DNA from: Cenococcum geophilum
Lineage: Eukaryota
Assembly: GCA_050273025.1 (NCBI GenBank)
Contig: CP158636.1
Span: forward strand, 5,270,001-5,334,000
DNA length: 64,000 nucleotides
Reading direction: 5' to 3'
Shown: positions 1 through 10,800 of the stretch, piece by piece
How the letters are laid out: each line of letters starts with the position of its first letter
Position numbering within the stretch: position 1 is the stretch's first letter
Program-made: the position numbers and the translations under genes
Notes under the pieces: model-generated
Database searches by the model: none
What the model was told of the DNA's origin: nothing
The model's input: only the letters and a program-made list of their open reading frames with translations

Positions 1-354
1 ATTTTTGGTGCCATATTCTCCCAATCCTTGCGTACACCAAGATCGAACAAGACCTTTCGGCCAGAAGGATGCTCTATTAGGGTGGAATAGGCAGGCCCAC
101 CAATCCTTTCTTTTCCTTTAAGTGCAGGAGTAAGGAAATGCGAGAAGGGAACGGAGATGCGGGCAGTTCTATAGGAGGAGCAAAATTGCACACATGTTAA
201 TACTGGACTGCGTTTGATTTTTTTTTTTGGATAGTAGCATAAGCAAAGGAGCGACGTACGAATCAATTACGGAAACCTTAACCGTGTTGAGCGATTTTGG
301 TATATTGAGATCTGGGGCCGGTTTGGGTGTAGCTAGAAATTTTGAGGACGACAT
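1..354 (-). CDS. Metallo-beta-lactamase-fold hydrolase (fungal lactonase-like), 5' part only; exon 1 354-260, intron 259-169, exon 2 168-<1
   Basis: Splicing GTACGT...TAG joins MSSSKFLATPKPAPDLNIPKSLNTVKVSVIDS to TARISVPFSHFLTPALKGKERIGGPAYSTLIEHPSGRKVLFDLGVRKDWENMAPK. The LFDLGVRKDW motif is typical of fungal MBL-fold hydrolases. The gene runs off the window edge. Confidence 0.8.
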
Positions 355-1044
355 GATTAGTAGCGAAATTTAGAAACTCCTTAGAAGATAGGATCGGTGA
401 TAGAATGAGTGAGTTGAGGTATGATGTCAAACTATTTAGTCTCGCTGACAAATGTCAATAGATTTAATTAAAGGTTGTTCGGAGTAAGCGTGGAGTTCCG
501 CATCGCGTGCTACAAACCTGTTTTCGAAAATATCGAACGTCGCGCATCTCATTTTCCTAGACTTTTAAAATATTTCTACAGCTGCTTCAAACCGTAAATC
601 GGTAGCCTCTGAATACCATACATGATTTACAAGTTAGAGTAAAAGACTTACAACCAACAAGCTTAAACTTCCTTTGGATACACTCGGCGCCATAGCCGCC
701 CCTTAAAAACTGAAATACAGCGCCGTGCAATAGTGTAAAACCGCAAATATTGGAGGGGCATTTTGCTTAGATTTGAGCTCCTGGGGCGGGCGCAGGTTAA
801 AACAGCGAGCAATCCACAGTCACTGCAGTTAACTAAACTTAAAACTCGAATCAAATTTCTTCATACTTTCCCACAATTTCCTACTATCACCAACGTCGTT
901 CTCGGAAAATCCGGCACACTCATTCATAACAAAATGCACCCTAATACTGACTTTCGCCGGCTTGGAAATATGCTAACCAAAGTACGGCTACTTGTCTTAG
1001 ATGAATTTGTAGGATACTTGGACGAACTCACACCACTTGCGCTG

Positions 1045-2120
1045 GTTCGGAACGTTATCAAGAATTATGCGCAATTGGAGGCACGCGAGAAAGTACGGGT
1101 TGTAAAGGCCGAAGAGGTGGGAGAGCTATATGGCGGGATGTTCGCAAATGCTAAGTACAATGACATGACAGGGGTGTTATTGAATGAAAGTAGCGGTTGG
1201 GCTGAGGCTGGCGAAGTTCTGGAAAGTGTTATAGGAACTGCGATTGCCAGCGGGGTGAAGTTTGTAGAGGCAGATATAACGACTCTGCTGTTTGACGGTA
1301 GAAGTGACTGTATTAGTGTAAAGACAGCAGATGAGAGGATACTATCCCTTAACCCGTCAAAATTGGTCCTTAAGGTATCGATAAGAACCCACCAATCAAA
1401 CCGGTCGAATCAAGCAGCCGTTCTCAGAAATACGAAGCCTGAACAATGTTCCGCACGGACCACTTACGCTAAGGGCCTTGACGGGTTAAGGGATATGCGG
1501 AACAAATCATCCTTGCCACAAGGGCAAGAACTTCGACGCTGATAGCTGATAGCGCACCCGGTTGGAAAGACCTTCAAGTTGGTGACCGTTTGACAGCTGC
1601 CGCCCTCTTCACTAGGATAGCCAAGCTTAGCAACGCATTACAAGGAAGGACCGGTCTTCTTGCAAGCTGGCGGCCAGAACCAAGGTACATTCCTGCTGTA
1701 GGTAACAAGTAACAGAGCTGATGGCAACGTGACAGGCTGCAGTTTCCTCCAAATGTAGAGGATGAGCTTAAGTTTGCCCGTGACGTCAGTTTCGTAAATA
1801 CTGTGAAACACCCATTTAGAGAAATTATCTCGATGCCACCACCGGAGCCCGAATATGGCTAGTGGATGGTGTCAGACATGATCAAACCCGAGTTAGACCT
1901 CGTGAGAGAAGGAATCTATGGTAAACAAGCGGAAGATCTCACTCTGGAGAATTACCGCATTTGTTGGTAAGAATTCTCATCTTAAACGCAGCAAATGTTA
2001 CTCATAGCGAATCTAATTGGTGACTAGGGATTCAATTACTCCGAACCAGGATTTCATCATCTGCCCTCACCCGCATTCTAAGAATCTATATATAGCTTTA
2101 GGTGGATCTTCCATGCTAGT
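1045..2120 (+). pseudogene. FAD-dependent oxidoreductase (sarcosine oxidase / fructosyl-amino acid oxidase-like) pseudogene, 5'-truncated
   Basis: Motifs SSGWAEA, GVKFVEAD, IILAT...IADSAP, YRICW/DSITPNQDFIICPHPHSKNLYIALGGS. Interrupted by a MITE (1345-1493), a frameshift near 1635, an in-frame TAG near 1860 and a frameshift at GGS-F-H. No N-terminal GxGxxG found. Boundaries approximate. Confidence 0.8.
1345..1493. mobile_element. MITE (~149 bp, non-coding, 16-bp perfect TIR)
   Basis: TCCCTTAACCCGTCAA at 1345 and TTGACGGGTTAAGGGA ending at 1493. Removing it restores the oxidase frame RIL-YAEQIILAT. Confidence 0.85.
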
Positions 2121-2366
2121 GTTATTCTACGCTGTGAGATGCGTGATATCTTTTGGTATACTGACAAGCTTTGTGAAGGCTGGGAAGATGTACTTGAGGT
2201 GAGCTAATTATTAAGTTATCAAGGAATCAAAGACGGAAATAATTTTTGTCGGAATAATTCCAAATCATTATTATTCCAGATACTGTAATCGTTTACTCCA
2301 GTCCAGTTCTCATAAAAACCCTAATTCTCAATTAGTTCCATCTTCAATATTTCCTCTATCTTTCTG

Positions 2367-4591
2367 TTAATTGGTCTCCTTCGCCCTCTTCTCCAAAACC
2401 TCCAGCAACTGTCTTTTCCCTACCATCCGTCCAATTACCTCTCTCGTCACACTAACTCCACACTCATCTCTAATTTGCGTTCTATCTTGCCCGACCTCTG
2501 CCCTCTTAGAGAAATGTACTCCTGGAGTAGGAACGACGCAGTTATTCTCCGCCCGTGCCGCTCTCATCTTGCAGATTTCCTCAGTCTGGCAAGTTCCAGT
2601 GCATAAAGCAACATTCCAGCCACGAGATTTATGTGCAATATACTCAGAGAAAGCAGACGGTGAAGCCTCAAACGCAGCAGTCACATTATGCCAAAATGCA
2701 GGGCTCAGTTCCGCGTTGGCGCTAGTAAGTGGTGGTGTGACTAATGGACCATATGCTTCTTTGGCGCTGTAGTATTTTGTCCATACTGGGCCCGTTGTTT
2801 GGTAAGCCGGATTGGTCATGTCCGCAAAGTATGTGGTGGCGTCGAGCACTGCGAAGGTAACGGGGTCGACACTGTAAATTCGGAAGGCGGGGTTACCTGA
2901 GGTTGGCGTCATGGATGGGACAATGTAACTGATGGCAGACGCGGTGGAGAAGGACTGGGCGCTATAGGAGCCGTAGGAGATTTCAAACTCGTCGTCGTGG
3001 GTGTGGCCTGTAGAAGTATAAGAGCAAGAACGGGTTGTCTAATGAATAGGTCTGTAAGAGAGACAGTGGTGTGGATTTCAACTCACCGAAAAATAAAGCT
3101 GCAATTGTAGCTGAGTAGCGATTCACGATTTGGTCGAAGTAGTTGGAACCATCATGAAACGCATCGCTAGAGCCCATAGGCATGTGGCCAATGATATAGA
3201 CGCGTTCTCCCGCAGTCTCAGCTGCCTGCAACTCGTTCACGAGCCAAGCGAGCTGCCCACTCGGATCCTTTTCCATGGTGCTTTCGTACAACCAGTAATT
3301 CTGGATATAGTATAAGTTTGTATTGATGGAGATAATACGGAGATTCCCTCCAGGATATTTGACGGAGTAGCCACCAAAACTTTGCTCTTCAGTAGCGGCA
3401 GTGACACCGATCCACTGAGTCCAGATTGAAGAAAGGAGATTATAGACCCATTGACTGTTGGAGCCGACTGCTGCTGGCTGGAACGAGTTTGTAGGGTTTG
3501 CTTCATGATTACCTACTGTGCCGTACACCAGCTTTAGCCCACTCATATGCCCGTACGCATTGCTGATATCTATGGTATTTTGAGCTTGGGTGGTATTCCA
3601 GACGGCATGGTCAACGATATCCCCTGTGAAAACACTGAAGGCAGCGTTGGGAGCTAACTGTTCGATAGCAGCGTACATGCTAAGCTCAAGGCTGAGTGGT
3701 GCATCGCAGTTGTGGTCCCCATTGGGACCAGCTGGAGAATTGTTATTTCCTGGGCTGTCGGAAGTGCTGTAATCCCTGCAGCAGATGGGTTTCGTGCAAT
3801 TTGTGTTAGATCCAGTCACATAAAAGGGATCAACGTGGATATCACTGTACTGAACTATTTGGATCGGTGTCTGGCTACTTGGAGCCGGTCGAGATGTCGA
3901 AGGCTTTGGGGACGGGAATGGCACGGTGTATGATGCAACATCCGGATATGAGCAGAGCCCCGTAAAGGTAATACAGAATAGTTCGGATGTTTTTGATCCA
4001 ATACTCATTTCGCGTAGGTCATGTGCGATAATTGGACCTTCAAGAGCAATTGCTCCAGCGCATACATCACGGTCCTCCGCCTGGCTAATTTTAGCCCGAC
4101 ATAATTTGAGCTAGGAAGATAAGACTTAGCCTACGCCTGAGAGATCACAGATCTCCGTCAGAATCGCCACAAAGGCCGAATCTCCCAAATCAGCAACGCC
4201 TTTAAGTAGTACTAAGACAGCCTGCACCAAGTAGAGTTAGTAGTCATACACCAAGGCTATCCGCAAATCCCACAAGAGTACGCCACATCTAATGGCTTCA
4301 CTCTTGTGCTGATAGAGATAAACGTCTTGTGATAGACGAGAGCGGAGCAAGATTTTAATAAAAATAACTTCTTATTAATCAAGGATACAATGCAAAATCC
4401 AACGAAAACCAAGCGACGAAGAAACGTACCTCGCAAGCAGCACAAGTTGCTGCATTCTCGATGTCACTCCATATTTCGCTTACGAGACTCCTCTCAGTGA
4501 AACTCCTTTGCAATACTTTGGAAGTAGACGTCACTTCGCTAGCGGCAGCGGAAAGCGCAAGGTTATAGGCCAAAGTCGTGCTCAATCTCAT
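2367..4591 (-). CDS. Acid sphingomyelinase-like phosphodiesterase (signal peptide + saposin-B-like + metallophosphoesterase); exons 4591-4430, 4221-4135, 4080-3087, 3007-2367; about 627 aa
   Basis: Three GT-AG introns join the exons into one open frame of 1884 nt. Motifs CAACE, SDIHVD, PICCR, TGDIVDH, GNHE, IIGH, FFGHTHDDEF, NPAFRIY; hydrophobic N-terminus. Confidence 0.93.
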
Positions 4592-6950
4592 CTTGGGGTC
4601 TATTGTGGCTTCCCAGCCCTCCTGCTGCAGCCTGAGCTTGAAGGGAGCGTCTTGTATCCTTTATAGGTTCTCGTAGGAGCATTCAAAACTTGTTATTTTT
4701 TAGCGCCAAATTGAGGCTTTCGCAGCCCACGTTATTTCGTCCGGGGCCAATGAGCAGGCATAAAAAGGTCATCAATCACTTTCACCAGCCAGTGATCGTC
4801 TAGGAAGGGGAGCTGCTAATGCGGAGATCGCTAGGGCTTAATGAATTTAAGCTTTCATGGAAGACAGCTCGAGGATGCGTGCTCTGTTCGTCTTGTTTGG
4901 TTGGCAAACCGCCGAGCGGAAAGCCGTAACAACATGGATGGAGCCAGGGTATTGCGTCATGTGGGTGATTTAAGATACAGATTGGACGAATGAGTCTTCG
5001 GACACATTCTCGCTTGCACCTTAAAACGGCGTCAACCCCGTTTGAAAGCCCCGTTCGGTACCTGGATACATAATTGCCGCGGTAACATAGCAAATTTTTT
5101 CCAGATAACTCCTACATTTAGGGAAGGTCAATTAATTTATGAGTTGTGGCCTTGAGGAAAGTGCGGTCAAGATCCGGGCAGTAACACTTGGCAGTAACTT
5201 TACTGCCCAAATCTTTTAATTAGCGGCGGCCTAGCAGGCGGTTAGGGTAGCCAAGGCACTACTTGGGCACCTATTTTACTAGTAAAAGCTATATAAATGC
5301 AATGTCCACCAAATACCCGCCGGCCCCGGCATATCCCGCAGGCTGCCGCACGGTTAAACGGAGGTGCACGTACTTTTGTCACCGCCACGTTAATTAACAC
5401 TACTCAATTATTACCTAAGCTCTATACAAATACGTAGCAATGGCTCCCTACGCTCTATATTAAGATTCTTATCTAAAATAGACGCTCCTACCTTAGTTAT
5501 TCCTGCCGCCGCGCCTTAGGAAACTTAGTTAGTTAAATAAAAGGCTTACAAGAAGCTATAAAATAAGAACGCGATTACGGCAATGCAGGTAGCTATTTAA
5601 TTAATCCCCCCTAAACACTTGCTTAAGCCGGAAGCTGGTGAGCACTACAACACTCAAGACTTAGTAGTATAGCGCTTTAATAACTACGCGTTCTCTTAAG
5701 GCCGCGAGCTCTGTATAAGTGGTGGCCGAATTATATAGCGACTTTATATAAAATGCAGAGCTTATAGTAGAGAGACTCGCAACTATTAAAAGCTTACTAA
5801 GGATAATCGTCAGTAGAAGGATAGGGAAGGTTAATTACTTAAGCGGCCAAATAAAAATATTTTAAAGAAGAATTATCCCTATTACGTCTCTGCTTATAAG
5901 CGTATAGATAAAGAAGTTATTACTTAGGTTATAAAAGTTAATAACGGTATATATACCTACGTAGCTATACTAAATCCTTTCTCTCTTCTAAAATATAGGA
6001 ACCGTTAGCCATAGTATATAGAAGTTATAGCGGAAGCCCTTAACTACTAGGCTGCCAACGCATCTATAGGAGAGGTATGGCGGCTTCTATCCGCTAATAA
6101 CTTGCCGCTAATAAGTAGTCGTAACTACTAGAATATAGGAGGGTAAGTACGTTAGGGTAAATAGATAGGAGGTATAATAAAGCAGGAGCAATTTACGGAG
6201 CTCTATTTAGCTCTCTAATAAGCCGGCTTCTATACTCGCTCGCGTATCTATATGGAAGTTAATACTAAAACAGGTAAGCTTACTATTTTATTTTATAAGA
6301 TCTAAGAGGTGGTAAGATTAAGGCGATAGCGAGATTAAGGTAATGGTAAGATTAGGGCGATTATAATATCTAAGCAACAATAAAACTCTATTAAGAAGAA
6401 TATTCCCCTTTATCTAAATTACTTGCTAGCCTTCTAAATAGGTATATCTTATAGTTTTAAAGAAAGAATAGGAAAGGAATAAGTTACTATAGTGGATTTA
6501 GGTCTATTAGATAAGCGCCTCCTTTAGCCCCTATCCCGGCAGTATAGATAATATAGCATTTTCCAGTATATCTAAGTTATAAATTAGTATGGTGGGACCC
6601 ACTAAATATAATAATCTAACTGTGCGGTGGTATGTCTTAGAGTACTTTGGTATTAAAGCGCCCGGAATATTTATTTGCTATCTACTACTAACTTAATACT
6701 AACTTATTCTTCTCCCTAGGTAACCCTACCTCTTAAGTCCTTATTTAACTTACCTTTATAACTCCTAAATAAATTACTTTTATACGTTAATTTGCCTCTA
6801 GCTTCTATATTTATACTAATATAACATTCTCTACAAACTAGCTCCATATGCCGCTATTAACTATAGTAATAATAATAAATACTGGCAAGACAGTTCTAAT
6901 TATATACTTAATTATTATATCTAAGGCTGAGTAGGTGTTTAAAGAGATAT

Positions 6951-7394
6951 TGTAACGTGGCCCGCCTCCACGTCGCCATACGGCCAAAAAGACTAAGAGT
7001 GCTTGCGAACTTGTCGCAAGCGCGGCGGGACCTAATATATATACTCTTACAATTGCCCTCTCCTCTACGCGCTCGTCCCCGAGCGCTCGCAGGGATTCCT
7101 CTATGCGCCTATTCCGGGCCACAGGGATTAAACGCTAAGAGTATTACTATATTAGTTAGTCCCCAGTAATATAAGCGATTGGACTTAGCTAACCCGCCTT
7201 ATTACACGGATGTGTATTAGACTATACTAGAGCAAAGTAACCGCTGGGGATTAAACCCATAACACCTGGCCCCGGTAAGTTCGCAAGCACAATTATAACG
7301 TGGCCCGCCTCTACGTCGCCATACGGCTAAAAAGACTAAGAGTGCTTGCGAACTTGTTATAAGCGCGGCGGGACCTAATATATATACTCTTACA
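6951..7394 (-). mobile_element. TRIM (444-bp non-autonomous LTR element); LTRs 6951-7051 and 7294-7394
   Basis: Two 101-bp direct repeats with TG..CA ends, 5-bp TSD GATAT (6946-6950, 7395-7399), polypurine tract AGAGGAGAGGGC on the minus strand next to the left LTR, no recognisable coding domain. Confidence 0.92.
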
Positions 7395-7834
7395 GATATA
7401 TAACTTTATAAACGAGTTTATATTCCACGATATACCTACCCTAAAGGTTTATATTAGTGATTAGGGAGCTAGATTTATATTAGCTACCGAAAAGCTTACT
7501 AAGAAGGATATCTAGATACAACTCTATAAGTAGCACGTTATTAAAAATATTAAGATAATATTAGTTAATAGTAGCAAGTACTTAAAGGAGAAGTGGAAGA
7601 TATTAGATAACTTAATTTGGGCGTATACTAAGTTAGAGAGTCCTACTAAACTTAAAGCTAATTATAATGCACTTATGCGTTAACTTAGCTAACTAAAGGC
7701 TCTTAAAATTAAAGATTACTAGGGCCTAAGGGAGGCCTACTTTAATAGGGCTTATATTTATTATTACTGTAATCTTAGTGCCAATACCTTATAGAGGGGC
7801 GAATTAATTTATCTAGTGATAAAAGTAAGGTTAT

Positions 7835-10800
7835 TGTTGGGAATAAAGGCAAATGGTCACCATATAAGGCATATTGCCATCACGTATAGCAAGTTGCCAT
7901 CACGTGCCGCCGCGGCACTAGCGTGGTAAGGAACCTTAAGTTCCTCACCCCTTTCTTTAAGAAGAAAAGAAGAACAATAACTATCATACTATCTACGAAC
8001 CGTAGCTACGTAATATCCCCTTATAAGTCCAACACTAATTAGTGGTTAACTTCACTGTTATACTATAGAATAGTTAGGTATTACTAAGAAGAGATAAGCT
8101 ACTGTACCAGTGCTACTTATACTAGAGGAAGCTATCTTTTAAGGTTAGAACTGGTCCTAAACCTTAAATAGAACTCTTTCATAAATCTAAGGATCTAAAA
8201 GGCCAGAACTAGTCCTAAGCCTTTCTAAGATTACGGATTCTTGCGTCCATTACGCAAAACAACACACTTTATAAGTCTTCGCGATTTAAGGCCAGAACTA
8301 GTCCTAAGCCCTATAACCGCAAATACACGTTATAAACGCGTACTAAACGACAAACGCGTACTAAACGATAAACGCGTACTAAATAACAAATACACATCAC
8401 AAACGCGTACTAAACGACAATCCCTACACTAATAACACTTCTCTCCCTCCAAAAACATGGCTACGCCTACCTTAAATAACTAGAAAAACTCCTTACCACT
8501 AGGGGTAGCTAAGCACGCGAAACTTATTAATAAAGATTAGGACGAATTCGCCTTTAATATAACAACTTATACCATAAAATAAGTTAACGGCTTTCTCCTA
8601 CACTATATTATATTCTACTAAAATAGATGCTACGCCAACTTACAACTATGGGAGTATTTTAGGAAGGATTTTATAGGATAGACTGCTAATACCTGGGCAC
8701 TTAGTAACGTTAATATTGTTTAAAACTTTTAAGACTTCTTTTATAAGAATGGGGTATATATTACTAAGAACGGTAACCCAATTACTAGCAATATTTAGGC
8801 CGTTATTACTAGTGTAGAAGAACTAATATAGACAGAAGCTAAAATTATACGTTAACTACGGAAACCTAAAAACAACCCATATTCTTCAGAAGGCAACTTT
8901 AATTCGTATTAAAACCCCTAAAACGCTAACCCCCTACCTAGAGCTACTCTCCTACCTAGAGGTGCTCTCCTACTTAAAGTTACTCCGCCTCTACCTCCTC
9001 TACTCCAGCTAACCGGTAAGCCTTTACTATAAGAAGTTATAAATCTAATAAAGGTATATTCGGACAAAGAGAAGAAATTTAGAGGAGAATTATATAATAT
9101 ACTTAGAGCAAAACTATAGGTCTTTTATAACTGTTGTAATAAGGTTAGAATTTAACGCCACTAGTACTATTACGCTTTCTCTATTATATTAAAGGGACGG
9201 GCGGCAATATTCTATTACAACTATATTACGGGTAAAAACTATAACTTTAATATAATGCTTCAGCTTACTAGAGCCCACTTTAAGACTAATAAGAATTGTT
9301 AACTTTATATATCCAAATGGCGGGAGACTATGTTTTAGAGAGTTATTACTTCCAACCTAATAAAGACTTATTTAGAGTACCTTTAACTACTCTTTAATAA
9401 ACTCTAGAAAATCTAACGTAGCCTTACTAAAACTTACTAAAATAAGAACAGCTTAAGGGACTAGGTTATTTTAGCATGCTATAGCATTCCTAAGTGTAAC
9501 TTAGCGCTATATAAACCTATAGATACGTTTAAAGGAGTATATACTAAGCTACGCTCTACTATAGGTACTATAATGCGAATATAAGAATCTTAATAGTTCT
9601 ATACCGAAAACCCTACCTAACTAAGTATTCCTAACCAATATAATTATAACTGGACTAATTAAATATATAGTAGCCGCGGTAGGGAATATAGAAGAGGGTA
9701 TAATTAATATTAACTATAAGGTAATTATAGAGGTTCTTATAGAGGTTTATTTTAAAGTAATCGCTAAAAGAAGTGCTACGTTTATAAGAAGCTAAATTGC
9801 TAGTTAACTAGATACTCCCTTAATAAGCGAAAAGAGGTATATAATAAGTTCCGTTAGAGTATAAAAAATGTCAAAAATTACAAGGTTACTATGGCCTACT
9901 TCTAAAGCTTCCTAGTTTAATATAAAGGCGTAAAAGACCTTAAGGGTAAGGTTAATAAGACCGAATAGCTCCTTATAGATATGGAAATTAAGAACTACTT
10001 ACCTAACCAATACTTTACTAAGTATAGTGAGGTAAATAGCATATAAACCATTGCTATCCTTAATAACTAATCTACGCTCCATTCTATTATAAAGTTAAAT
10101 ATCTTTAATAAGCCAAAGGAGAGCTCCGCGATTTCCTTTAATAATAAATACTTGGCAAATATCTTCTATAGTATTATACCGGATACTAAAGCCGCAGGAA
10201 TATCTATAGTAGGAGAACCTTAAGTTCGAGCTCTTTAGCAGCTTAATAGCTTTGTTTAGATTAACTATTTAACGGCAGGCTAGCATACAATTTATTTTAG
10301 TAAAGGTACTATAATCTCTCTCGGCATAATTAGGGTTCAAACCCCCTTAGAGTACATTAGTTTTTACGTTATTTCCATAAATACCCTATTTCTATTTTGC
10401 ATTAGAGATATAGATAAATTAGGCGTTAAGCTTAATAACCTTAAGAATGTACTTATCTAAGGAGATAATTAGGTGCCTATTATGCGCAAGTAGGGTTACC
10501 CCTAGTTACTCCTTTATTAACTAGAAAAGAGTATTACTTAGAGCCACTTAACTAAGTTAGAGTTACGCCAACTACACCGTCGTTTTAGCCACCTATCCAT
10601 TTATTAATTACTTAGGGTTCTTTAGCAAGTAGGCTATAAAGTTAAGGTTAAGGCAATTAAGCATCTTATAAAGTATTACTATTACTACTAAATAAACTAA
10701 AAGTCCCCTAGCCGATTTAAGTTCACCCTTAAGAATAACTACAACTTTAACTTCTATATCGTCATTAACGTTATATATCTTAGCGGTAAGCTAGTGCTCT

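Noticed and set aside
763..1542. 259-aa ORF as an intact gene
   Set aside because: It is a chance fusion of unrelated upstream sequence, an oxidase fragment and MITE read-through.
2371..4445. Small overlapping ORFs within the sphingomyelinase locus
   Set aside because: Antisense or alternate-frame shadows of the real CDS and its introns.
7830..7834. Identical GTTAT TSD for Copia A and Copia E as site specificity
   Set aside because: The host codons suggest different original 5-mers that RIP could have converged; two cases are insufficient.
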